From Candidatus Omnitrophota bacterium (lineage in GTDB: Bacteria > Omnitrophota > Gorgyraeia > Zapsychrales > JANLHA01): a DNA stretch of 32,000 bases. Within the stretch, counting starts at the first letter, position 1. The number at the start of each line of letters is the position of its first letter. The position numbers and the translations under genes were made by a program. Under the pieces are notes generated by a model. The model was not told the origin of the DNA and searched no databases. It saw nothing but the letters and a program-made list of their open reading frames with translations. Positions 23,997 through 32,000 of this stretch are shown here, in pieces. Location of the stretch: the NCBI GenBank assembly GCA_963662715.1, contig OY759724.1, positions 2,070,001 through 2,102,000 on the forward strand, written 5' to 3'.

Positions 23997-25298
23997 GTGG
24001 ACAGGTCAATGGCCGGAAATATTAATGTCTCTGCCATCATCCGTTTCTTGCTGTTCGGCCTTATTGTCTGCCTGCCTTATAGCAAAGCTATTATTGAGAC
24101 ATGTGTCATTCTTTCCCTGGTGCTCTGGTTCTCAGTGCGCCTGAAGCTTCTCGTTCATCCCAAAGGCCCTGACCGGCAGGGGGGGGCTTCCCGGAGCTGG
24201 GGTGATGTTATAAAACCTCCTCCAACACCCCTCAACACAGCGATTTTGTTTTTTGTCATCATTTGTTTGTGTTCTGCCGTTTTCAGCATTAATCCCGCGA
24301 AATCTTTCCATGGTTTTATCACAAAAACGCTGGAATGGTTTGCCGTATTTTATCTCATGGTCGGGGTCTTTACGACCAAGAGACAGCTGGCCACGGCGGT
24401 TGTCCTTTATCTTGCGACATCATGCGTGACGTGTTTGGACGGCATCGTGCAATTTTACTGGTTAGGGCATGACGTGATCCGTCAGCGTTTGTTGATCCGG
24501 GACGGAGCCACAGCTGCTTTCTCTCATCCCAACAGCCTTGCCGGTTATCTGACCATTGTCGTGCCCTGCGTATTTTCCCTGTGTTTTTCCCCGGGGCTAA
24601 AAGTAAGGCTTCGTCTGGCGTTAATGTCTTTGTGGAGTATTATGAGCTGGGCCTTGATCCTGACCTTCTCCCGGTCGGGCATTTTCGCCGGTCTGGCGGG
24701 GGTCCTGTTTTTTATTTGCCATAAGAGCAAGCCCGTATTTATCTGGATATGTATTCTCGCCGTTTTGCTCGCCGGAAGTTTTTTGCGTTTTGCGCCTCAT
24801 GAGGTCCGCAAGCGTACGCGTACCCGGCCGGAAATTGTTTCGGATGATGTGAAATGGCGGTGGCATCTCTGGCAGGACAGCTTGGCTTTGGTCCGGGAGA
24901 GGCCGTGGGTGGGCCACGGATTGAATACTTATATGGATCTGATACATCGCAAAAGACCTGATGCGGCTCCGGTTTATGCACATAACTGTTACGTTCAAAT
25001 CATGGTGGAAACCGGCGTTCTGGGCCTGGCAGGTTTCCTGTGGATCCTGTTCGCCCTTGGAAAAGCCGTATTCGGAAGCCTGTCAAGCCCGACGGACCGT
25101 GTTGCCGACCGGCGGCTATCAGGCCTTATTCTAGGTTTGTATTCAGGGGTGGTCGCGTTTTTGGTCCACAGCTTTTTTGAAGTCCATTTTTATTCTTTGC
25201 AACTATCAGTTTACTTTTGGCTTATTGCCGGTATACTAATCTCTGGAATCTCTATGCAGACGCATTATAAGAAATGTGAAGAAAATATTATTATTTGA
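23997..25298 (+). CDS. O-antigen ligase / Wzy_C-family polytopic membrane protein (paralog 2)
   Basis: [16 protein letters not shown] and [21 protein letters not shown] motifs. Start is GTG at 23997 or ATG at 24009. Contains a G8 tract at 24179-24186. Confidence 0.8.
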   Translation: MDRSMAGNINVSAIIRFLLFGLIVCLPYSKAIIETCVILSLVLWFSVRLKLLVHPKGPDRQGGASRSWGDVIKPPPTPLNTAILFFVIICLCSAVFSINPAKSFHGFITKTLEWFAVFYLMVGVFTTKRQLATAVVLYLATSCVTCLDGIVQFYWLGHDVIRQRLLIRDGATAAFSHPNSLAGYLTIVVPCVFSLCFSPGLKVRLRLALMSLWSIMSWALILTFSRSGIFAGLAGVLFFICHKSKPVFIWICILAVLLAGSFLRFAPHEVRKRTRTRPEIVSDDVKWRWHLWQDSLALVRERPWVGHGLNTYMDLIHRKRPDAAPVYAHNCYVQIMVETGVLGLAGFLWILFALGKAVFGSLSSPTDRVADRRLSGLILGLYSGVVAFLVHSFFEVHFYSLQLSVYFWLIAGILISGISMQTHYKKCEENIII

Positions 25299-25314
25299 AG
25301 AGGGAGGCTCATCC

Positions 25315-26328
25315 ATGAAAAAGAGAAAAGTGGCCCTGATCACCGGTATTACGGGACAGGATGGCGCTTATTTGTCGGAATTATTGCTTAAAAAGAAATA
25401 TGATGTTTATGGACTGATCAGACGGTCCAGCACGTTCAATACAACACGCATTGATCATCTCTATCAGGATCCTCATGAAAAGGATGTTCAATTGCGGCTG
25501 CTTTACGGGGATCTCAATGACGCGAGTTCTCTGAACCGGATTATCAGGACTATAAAACCGGACGAGATATATAATCTTGGAGCGCAGAGTCATGTCAAGG
25601 TCAGTTTTGAGATCCCGGAATACACGGGAGAGATTGTCGGGCTGGGGACGACGCGTCTGCTGGAAGCCATACGGGATTCAGGTATTAAAGCGAAATTTTA
25701 TCAGGCTTCAAGCAGTGAAATGTTTGGTAAAGTTCTCGAGATCCCTCAATCTGAAAAGACCCCGTTTTATCCCCGCAGCCCTTATGCGGCGGCGAAAGTC
25801 TACTCTTATTGGATGACCGTCAATTACCGGGAAGCTTATAATATTTTCGCCTGCAACGGTATTCTTTTTAACCATGAATCTCCCCGGAGAGGGGAGACCT
25901 TCGTGACCCGGAAAATTACCATGGCCCTGGCCCGGATTAAACACGGAGTGCAGGATAAGCTTTTTTTAGGGAATCTGGACGCTAAAAGAGACTGGGGTTT
26001 TGCCGGGGATTATGTTGAAGCCATGTGGTTGATGTTGCAGCAGAAGACCCCGGCTGATTATGTCATCGCGACCGGCCAGACGCATTCTGTGCGGGAATTT
26101 CTTTTAGAAGCGTTCTCCTATTTAAAGATGGATTGGAAAAAACATGTCAGGATCGATAAGCGCTATTTCCGGCCAACGGAAGTAGATCTCCTCATAGGCA
26201 ACAGTTCAAAAGCCCGCAGAAAATTGAAATGGAAACCCCGAGTGAACTTTAAGCAGTTAGTCCGTATGATGGTTGATGCTGACCTGGAACTAGTTGAACG
26301 TCAGCTTTACGGCCAGAAGAAATCTTAA
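25315..26328 (+). CDS. gmd: GDP-mannose 4,6-dehydratase (canonical)
   Basis: [72 protein letters not shown] and [20 protein letters not shown] motifs. I chose the ATG at 25315, preceded by GAGGGAGG, over the listed 25276. Confidence 0.92.
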   Translation: MKKRKVALITGITGQDGAYLSELLLKKKYDVYGLIRRSSTFNTTRIDHLYQDPHEKDVQLRLLYGDLNDASSLNRIIRTIKPDEIYNLGAQSHVKVSFEIPEYTGEIVGLGTTRLLEAIRDSGIKAKFYQASSSEMFGKVLEIPQSEKTPFYPRSPYAAAKVYSYWMTVNYREAYNIFACNGILFNHESPRRGETFVTRKITMALARIKHGVQDKLFLGNLDAKRDWGFAGDYVEAMWLMLQQKTPADYVIATGQTHSVREFLLEAFSYLKMDWKKHVRIDKRYFRPTEVDLLIGNSSKARRKLKWKPRVNFKQLVRMMVDADLELVERQLYGQKKS

Positions 26329-26346
26329 GATCCTTTAGAGATCATC

Positions 26347-27816
26347 ATGATGAATAACTTTAGGAACTGGACTGAAAAAGGCATCGTCTACTCTTTCTAT
26401 GCCTTGATTTATTTTTTGCCTATCTCTACGGCTTTAGTCGAAATTTTCTCTACCTGTATTATTTTGTGTTATTTGTCGAGGATGGGGGTTCTCCTTCTGA
26501 ATCGGGGCGCCGTGGCCGATGGGGCCGGTGGTCCGGTGCGGGATTCTTCTCCATCGGAGAAGATGTTTTTCGGAGCCTGTGTCCTGTTCCTGGCCGCGAA
26601 TATCCTGTCCACCCTGACGAGTCAATATCCCTGGGTGAGCTTTAAAGCCCTGTTTTTTAAGCTGAGTCAGGGGCTGGTGCTGATGCATGCGTTTTCTTTG
26701 GTGATGCTGACGCAAAAACGGATAAAAATATTTATAACCGTTTTTTTGGTTTCGGCAACCTTATCGTCTGTTAATGCCATTTTCCAATCTTTTTCCGGTC
26801 ATGGTTTCGTGAGAGGTTTTTCGCTGGTGGAGGAGGCCCGGGTTACGTCTTCCTTCAAACATCCCAATGATTTTGGCGGATATCTTATTGTTGTCAGTTC
26901 GGTTGTCCTGTCTTTGATTGTCACAGGGATTTATGAAGCCTTTTTTTATAAAAAACAGCAGGAATCGGTCGGCGGGGCTGCTTCGACCCCGGTCTTTGTC
27001 TGGATCTGGATCGGGAGTCTGTTGATCCTGACTTTATGGAGTTTGGGGCTGACTTTTTCCCGGGGAGCCTGGCTGGGATTTATTATCGCGGTGTTATGCC
27101 TGGCTTTTTACAGGAAGAAAGTTTTTTTCTTGTTGATAGGGCTCTGTGTGCTTTTTCTCCTGATCTTCCATCCTCAGTTATACAAAGTCCGGGGAAGGAA
27201 TTTAAGAGTTTATAACCCCAAAGGCGTTGTTATAAAACCTAAAGACGTAAAGAAAATTATGGCGCCGGATCAGGAGCCTCCGCCTTCGGCACAGGACCGG
27301 TCTTTGAAGAATGACCTGGAATCCCAAGGGCATAAAAATTATATTCAGGCCGTTTTTAAGAAAGTATTAACGGTTTTTGAGGTTCTTGCCGGAAAAAGCA
27401 TGGGCAGGTTTGGTTTTTGGAAAGAAGCCATGCTTATTGTCAAAGACTACCCTTTGTGCGGGGCCGGGCTGAACACCTATTCCAAGGTGGCTCCCCGGTA
27501 CAAGATTAACTGGGGCGGGTATCCGCATAACTGTTACCTGCACATGGCAGCTGAAACCGGTGTGTTAGGTTTGGGCCTCTTTTTAGGCCTTGTTGTGATT
27601 TTTTTGTGTCACGCATGGACGAAAATTCATTTGGTGACGCCGCCGTATTTATTGTCCGTCTCCCTGGGAGGCGTGGCCGGGTTGTCAGGCTTTTTGGTGC
27701 AATGTTTTTTCGATACCAACCTTTATTCTGTGCAGTTAAACAGTCTTTTTTGGATTTTCATCGGGTTGGTCTTAGCGGCTATAAGGACCGGCCGGCCGTA
27801 CGGTTCAGAGTCATGA
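26347..27816 (+). CDS. O-antigen ligase / Wzy_C-family polytopic membrane protein (paralog 3)
   Basis: FSRGAWLGFIIAVLCL and YPHNCYLHMAAETGVLGLGLF motifs, with a hydrophilic loop between them. Confidence 0.8.
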   Translation: MMNNFRNWTEKGIVYSFYALIYFLPISTALVEIFSTCIILCYLSRMGVLLLNRGAVADGAGGPVRDSSPSEKMFFGACVLFLAANILSTLTSQYPWVSFKALFFKLSQGLVLMHAFSLVMLTQKRIKIFITVFLVSATLSSVNAIFQSFSGHGFVRGFSLVEEARVTSSFKHPNDFGGYLIVVSSVVLSLIVTGIYEAFFYKKQQESVGGAASTPVFVWIWIGSLLILTLWSLGLTFSRGAWLGFIIAVLCLAFYRKKVFFLLIGLCVLFLLIFHPQLYKVRGRNLRVYNPKGVVIKPKDVKKIMAPDQEPPPSAQDRSLKNDLESQGHKNYIQAVFKKVLTVFEVLAGKSMGRFGFWKEAMLIVKDYPLCGAGLNTYSKVAPRYKINWGGYPHNCYLHMAAETGVLGLGLFLGLVVIFLCHAWTKIHLVTPPYLLSVSLGGVAGLSGFLVQCFFDTNLYSVQLNSLFWIFIGLVLAAIRTGRPYGSES

Positions 27817-27835
27817 GGGCCCCTGTCCCATTTCA

Positions 27836-27863
27836 TTGACAAATCGTTTTGCCTGAGTATAAT
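27836..27863 (+). promoter_or_regulatory. consensus sigma70 promoter TTGACA-N16-TATAAT
   Basis: -35 at 27836-27841 and -10 at 27858-27863, both perfect consensus hexamers, about 55 nt upstream of pgk in the 100-nt gap after the last glycan gene. Confidence 0.6.
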
Positions 27864-27916
27864 ATATCGAGTTATTTATTAGTATAGTCTTAGTTAATAA
27901 GTTAATAGAAAGAGGA

Positions 27917-29104
27917 ATGAGTATGCAAAAACAAACAGTCAAGGATGTCGAACTTAAAGGGAAAAAAGTCATTGTCCGCGTTGATTTTAATGTCCCTTTA
28001 GATAAAACTCAAAATATTACGGATGACCGCCGTATTAAAGCGGCCCTGCCGACGCTTAAGTATATTCTGGAACAGCACCCTGCTAAGGTTATTCTCATGA
28101 GCCATTTAGGAAGGCCTAAGGGAGAGGTTATTGAAGCGATGCGTTTAACACCTGTGGCCAAGCGGCTGGAGGAACTTCTGGGGGAAAAAGTTCTCAAATT
28201 GGATGATTGCGTCGGTCAGGCTGTCAAACAGGCTGTGGAGGGTAGTCAAGAAAAGGTTATCCTGTTAGAAAACTTGCGTTTTCATAAAGAAGAGACCAGG
28301 AACGATCCGGATTTTTCTAAACAGCTGGCGTCTTTAGCGGAGATTTATGTGAATGATGCTTTCGGTTCGGCTCACCGGGCCCATGCTTCAACAGCAGGTA
28401 TTACGGCCTGCCTTCCTGCCGTTGCCGGTTTTCTGCTGGAGAAAGAAATAACCTATCTCGGCAAAGCCGTAGAAACACCGGAAAAACCTTTCGTGATTAT
28501 TCTGGGAGGCGCAAAAGTATCGGATAAGATTGCTCTTATTGAAAACCTTCTGCCGAAAGCCGATGCCTTTATCATAGGCGGAGGCATGGTCTATACATTT
28601 CTTAAAGCCTTGGGCAGGAATATCGGCAACTCTTTATTGGAAGAAGACAAGGTGGAGACCGCTAAATCTGTTATGGAAAAGGCAGGGCAGGCCGGGGTTA
28701 AGATGGTCTTGGCAACGGACTTTGTTGTTGTGGAGGATTTTGACAAGCCGGAAACCCTCAAGATCGTTAGCGGAGAGATCCCGGACGGCTGGGAAGGGAT
28801 TGATATCGGTCCGGAAAGCCGGAAAGCCTTCAGAGACGTTTTGTCAACGGCGAAAACGGTTATCTGGAACGGTCCTCTAGGGGTTTTCGAAATAGACGCT
28901 TATGCGGAAGGGACCAAAGACATTGCCCAGTATATCGCCGGTCTTGAAGATGTGATTTCGATCGTGGGCGGAGGGGATTCCGCGGCCGCTGTTGCGAAAT
29001 TTAACGTGGAGTCAGGCATGACACATATTTCCACGGGCGGCGGAGCTTCCCTGGAATTTTTGGAAGGCAAGGAACTCCCTGGGGTTGCGGCATTAAACAG
29101 TTAA
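27917..29104 (+). CDS. pgk: phosphoglycerate kinase
   Basis: LKGKKVIVRVDFNVP, ILMSHLGRPKG, NLRFH.EE, VNDAFG.AHRAH and GGGDS motifs. The second ATG at 27923 is better spaced from the AGAGGA RBS and may be the true start. Confidence 0.95.
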   Translation: MSMQKQTVKDVELKGKKVIVRVDFNVPLDKTQNITDDRRIKAALPTLKYILEQHPAKVILMSHLGRPKGEVIEAMRLTPVAKRLEELLGEKVLKLDDCVGQAVKQAVEGSQEKVILLENLRFHKEETRNDPDFSKQLASLAEIYVNDAFGSAHRAHASTAGITACLPAVAGFLLEKEITYLGKAVETPEKPFVIILGGAKVSDKIALIENLLPKADAFIIGGGMVYTFLKALGRNIGNSLLEEDKVETAKSVMEKAGQAGVKMVLATDFVVVEDFDKPETLKIVSGEIPDGWEGIDIGPESRKAFRDVLSTAKTVIWNGPLGVFEIDAYAEGTKDIAQYIAGLEDVISIVGGGDSAAAVAKFNVESGMTHISTGGGASLEFLEGKELPGVAALNS

Positions 29105-29130
29105 AGAAAAATATTACTAGAGGTGAATCC

Positions 29131-29898
29131 ATGAGAAAAATAATTATTGCCGGAAATTGGAAAATGAATAAAACTTCCCTGGAAGCCATTGAACTGGTGA
29201 ATTTACTGAAAAGAGAAGTGTTGGACATCGAAGCGGTTGATATGGTTGTTTGTCCTCCTTTTACCGCTTTGGCGGACATCCGGGATGTCCTGAGCGAATC
29301 GGATATCGGATTAGGAGCCCAAAATCTTTACTGGGAGGATTCGGGCGCCTTTACCGGTGAGGTTTCCGCTCCGATGCTGAAAAATTTGGGCGTTCAGTAT
29401 GTGATTATCGGACATTCGGAGCGGCGACAGTTCTTCGGGGAAACCAATGAGACGGTCAATAAGAAAATCAACGCTGCTTTGAAGCACTCCTTGTTGCCGA
29501 TTGTCTGTATCGGCGAGACTTTGGAAGAACGCGAGAAGGGCCAGACAATGGATGTTATTAAAACTCAGTGTGAGGGGTCATTGAAGGATTTGACTCAGGA
29601 AGACATGGGGAAGATCATTTTGGCTTATGAACCGGTATGGGCGATAGGAACAGGCAAGACAGCGACCCCGGAACAGGCCCAAGAAGTCCACAAGTTTATT
29701 CGCGAGCTTTTGATAAAGATGTTTGGCGCTGAGTGCGCGGCCGGGGTCCGTATCCAATATGGCGGGAGTGTCAAGCCGGAAAATACGGAGGAACTGATGT
29801 CTCAGCCGGACATCGATGGTGCCCTGGTCGGAGGAGCCAGTCTTAAAAGTGATTCTTTTTCCCAGATTATAAAAAATTGTTTAGAGATTAAAAAATGA
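29131..29898 (+). CDS. tpiA: triosephosphate isomerase
   Basis: IIAGNWKMN, IIGHSERR, VCIGE, AYEPVWAIGTG and YGGSV motifs. Confidence 0.95.
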   Translation: MRKIIIAGNWKMNKTSLEAIELVNLLKREVLDIEAVDMVVCPPFTALADIRDVLSESDIGLGAQNLYWEDSGAFTGEVSAPMLKNLGVQYVIIGHSERRQFFGETNETVNKKINAALKHSLLPIVCIGETLEEREKGQTMDVIKTQCEGSLKDLTQEDMGKIILAYEPVWAIGTGKTATPEQAQEVHKFIRELLIKMFGAECAAGVRIQYGGSVKPENTEELMSQPDIDGALVGGASLKSDSFSQIIKNCLEIKK

Positions 29899-29908
29899 GG
29901 TGTTTATT

Positions 29909-30250
29909 ATGGGCGCGATACTGATGGTGGTTCATGTTTTAACGGCGGTACTCTTAATTACGGTTATTCTGATGCAATCCGGGCGAGGGGGAGGCTTGAC
30001 CGAGAGCTTCGCCTCCGCGGAATCTATGTTCGGGGCACGGACGAACGAGTTTATGGTCCGGGCCACAGTGATATTAGCCGTGGCTTTTTTGGTGACGAAT
30101 TTGAGCCTGGCGTATATGAACGCAAAAGAAGAAAGATCCTTGATGCAGGAGATGGGGCAAATGAAGACCATTAATGTGCCCCTGGAAAAACCTGCGTCCC
30201 CGGCTACAGCAACATCCCCATCCTCGCCGGAACCCGCAACAGCTCAGTAG
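29909..30250 (+). CDS. secG: preprotein translocase subunit SecG, with a Pro/Ser/Thr/Ala-rich C-terminal tail
   Basis: Two-TM small protein with LLITVILMQSGRGGGL..FG. It sits immediately after tpiA, a widely conserved synteny. I chose the ATG at 29909 over the listed GTG at 29900. Confidence 0.85.
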   Translation: MGAILMVVHVLTAVLLITVILMQSGRGGGLTESFASAESMFGARTNEFMVRATVILAVAFLVTNLSLAYMNAKEERSLMQEMGQMKTINVPLEKPASPATATSPSSPEPATAQ

Positions 30251-30308
30251 GGTCGGGCGAAAAGGGGCGTTATTTAGTAGAGAACCTTTTCTTAGCCAAA
30301 AACCGGTC

Positions 30309-32000
30309 TTGAAGAAATACCTTTCCAAAAAATGGTGTCTTAAGACAGCTTTCCCTCAACGGGTGAGTGCGTCTTTGCTTTCCTGTGTTTTGCCCTTCTG
30401 TCTGTTTTTTTTCCTGTCCTTCTGCTGTTCGGCGGCTCAGAGTGACCGTCACGGGGGGACCCTTGTGATGGCCACGACGTCGGACCCCAAATCGTTCAAT
30501 TCCGTCATGGCCAAAGAAGCCTCCTCAACGGCGGTGACCGGGCTTATTTTTGAAGGATTAACCACGACGAATGCCTTTACGCTAAAGGTCGAACCGCATT
30601 TGGCCAGGAAATGGGATGTGAGCAAGGATGGATTGACCTGGACATTTTATCTGCGGGAGGATGTCCAGTGGAACGACGGATATCCTTTTACGGCGGATGA
30701 TGTTGTCTTTACCTTCAATGACCTGATTTACAACGAAGACATCCCCAGTTCGGCCCGCGATATATTCACGATTAACGGGCAGGAATTTCAGGTTGAAAAA
30801 ATAGATGATTATACGGTCCAGTTTACGCTGCCGGTTAAGTTTGCTCCTTTCCTGCGGGCCATGGCCCAGCCCATCCTTCCCAAACACAGGTTGTTGCAGT
30901 CTGTCATGGATAAAAAGTTCAATTTTACCTGGGGCATCGATACTCCGCCGCAGGACATTGTCGGGACCGGCCCGTTCAAGCTGACGCAATACCGTCCGGG
31001 AGAACGGCTGGTTTTCCATCGCAACGAACGGTACTGGAAAAAGTCTTCGGAAGGGGAGGTCCTTCCTTATCTGAATCGTATTATTTATCTTATCGTCCAG
31101 AATATTGATGTGGAAATATTAAAATTTTTGGACGGCGAAACGGATTATTGCGGCATTAGCCGGGGCAGTGATTACCCTTTGTTAAAGCCTTTGGAAGCAG
31201 AAAAGAATTTCACGGTATATGAATCCGGACCGAATTTTGGCAGCAATTTTCTTGTTTTCAACCAGAATAAGGGGCTCAACCCTGGAACGCAAAGGCCTTT
31301 TGTTGATCCTGTTAAATTGAAATGGTTTACCAACCGTGGATTCCGCCGGGCGGTCGCGCATACTATCGACAAGCAGAAGATGATAGATATCCTTAAGAAT
31401 CAATTGGGATATCCGCAGGACGGGCCGTTGAGCCCGAGTGCCGGATTTTTTTATAACCCGGATACAGTAAAATATGAATTTGATTTGGAGGAAGCCAAAG
31501 CGATTCTTTCGGAAAACGGCTTCCTTGACCGTAACGGGGACGGCATCATAGAAGACCCGGAAGGCCATGATGTTCAGTTTAATTTATACACAAATTCCGA
31601 TAATTCGGAAAGGGTGCAAATCGCTGCCATTATCCGCCATGACCTGCAGGAGTTGGGGATGAAGGTGAATTTTCTGGCCCTTGAGTTTAATTCTTTGGTC
31701 AGTAAACTCAACGCTTCCTTTGACTGGGATGCCATTATCATCGGCCTGACCGGAGGCGTGGAACCTCATTTCGGGAAGAATGTCTGGTCTTCCGACGGGC
31801 AGCTGCATATGTGGTATCCCCAGCAGGACAAGCCGGCCACGGGATGGGAGAAAAGAGTCGATGAGATTTTTACCGCAGGAGTCCAGGAGCTTGACGATGA
31901 GAAACGGAAAATCCTTTATGACGAATGGCAGCGGATCGTTTCCGAGGAGCTCCCGTTTATTTATACGGTTTTAGGGAGCAATATTTTTGCTGTACGCAAT
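30309..32000 (+). CDS. ABC transporter substrate-binding protein, family 5 (Opp/Dpp peptide/nickel type); the 3' end is beyond the window
   Basis: This ORF is absent from the supplied track because it has no stop in the window. I translated it by hand and the frame stays open to base 32000. N-terminal signal-like LLSCVLPFCLFFFLSFCCSAAQS, then GGTLVMATTSDPKSFN, GL(F)EGL, WTFYLREDVQWNDG.PFTADDV and GTGPFKL..Y.PGERLVF.RNE.YW. The start is uncertain: TTG at 30309 or GTG at 30363. Confidence 0.85.
   Translation, partial: MKKYLSKKWCLKTAFPQRVSASLLSCVLPFCLFFFLSFCCSAAQSDRHGGTLVMATTSDPKSFNSVMAKEASSTAVTGLIFEGLTTTNAFTLKVEPHLARKWDVSKDGLTWTFYLREDVQWNDGYPFTADDVVFTFNDLIYNEDIPSSARDIFTINGQEFQVEKIDDYTVQFTLPVKFAPFLRAMAQPILPKHRLLQSVMDKKFNFTWGIDTPPQDIVGTGPFKLTQYRPGERLVFHRNERYWKKSSEGEVLPYLNRIIYLIVQNIDVEILKFLDGETDYCGISRGSDYPLLKPLEAEKNFTVYESGPNFGSNFLVFNQNKGLNPGTQRPFVDPVKLKWFTNRGFRRAVAHTIDKQKMIDILKNQLGYPQDGPLSPSAGFFYNPDTVKYEFDLEEAKAILSENGFLDRNGDGIIEDPEGHDVQFNLYTNSDNSERVQIAAIIRHDLQELGMKVNFLALEFNSLVSKLNASFDWDAIIIGLTGGVEPHFGKNVWSSDGQLHMWYPQQDKPATGWEKRVDEIFTAGVQELDDEKRKILYDEWQRIVSEELPFIYTVLGSNIFAVRN

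Noticed and set aside
30582-31568. Minus-strand ORFs of 145 aa (30582-31019) and 128 aa (31182-31568). These are the only sizeable ORFs the track lists for this region.
   Set aside because: Hand translation of the + strand frame from 30309 gives an uninterrupted, unmistakable family-5 substrate-binding protein. The minus-strand ORFs are its shadows. The real gene is missing from the track only because it has no stop inside the window.
1-32000. CRISPR arrays, transposases or IS ends, integrases, toxin-antitoxin pairs, restriction-modification or other defence systems, and tRNA/rRNA genes.
   Set aside because: No spaced repeat arrays, no terminal inverted repeats flanking ORFs, and no recognisable nuclease, transposase or recombinase motifs appear in any sizeable ORF. 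No tRNA-like T-arm (GGTTCGAATCC-type) sequences were seen either.

Overview
All coordinates and alignments below were counted and made by hand; no searches were run. The window holds about 27 tightly packed CDSs, all on the + strand. I found no rRNA, tRNA, CRISPR array, transposase, integrase or recognisable defence genes.

Bases 1-27816 are a large surface-glycan (O-antigen/EPS-type) biosynthesis region. It contains:
- four GT4 and two GT2 glycosyltransferases, one of them a two-domain GT2
- three methyltransferase-fold genes, one clearly CmoA-like
- a deacetylase-like gene
- three O-antigen-ligase/Wzy_C-family membrane proteins
- a YfhO-type membrane glycosyltransferase
- two GDP-mannose 4,6-dehydratase paralogs
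- a translationally coupled module: AsnB-like amidotransferase, fused MDR/Gfo-Idh-MocA oxidoreductase, unknown toroid-like protein, WecB and WecG/TagA
- a WbaP-type initiating phosphoglycosyltransferase

After a consensus sigma70-like promoter at 27836-27863 the window switches to housekeeping genes: pgk, tpiA and secG. These are followed by a family-5 ABC substrate-binding protein that runs off the 3' edge and is missing from the supplied ORF track.

I see no clear-cut new system such as a defence island or mobile element. The best candidates for something undescribed are:
1. A CmoA-family (carboxy-SAM-synthase-like) gene bracketed by a 23-bp direct repeat inside the glycan cluster.
2. The uncharacterised AsnB / bi-domain oxidoreductase / toroid module.
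3. The triple Wzy_C plus YfhO plus Dpm1-like GT2 arrangement, with no flippase or exporter in view.
4. Two G8 homopolymer tracts inside surface-glycan genes.
5. Repeat-rich putative regulatory regions at 8183-8359 and 22343-22574.

Functional calls rest on motif recognition from memory and need HMM or BLAST confirmation.
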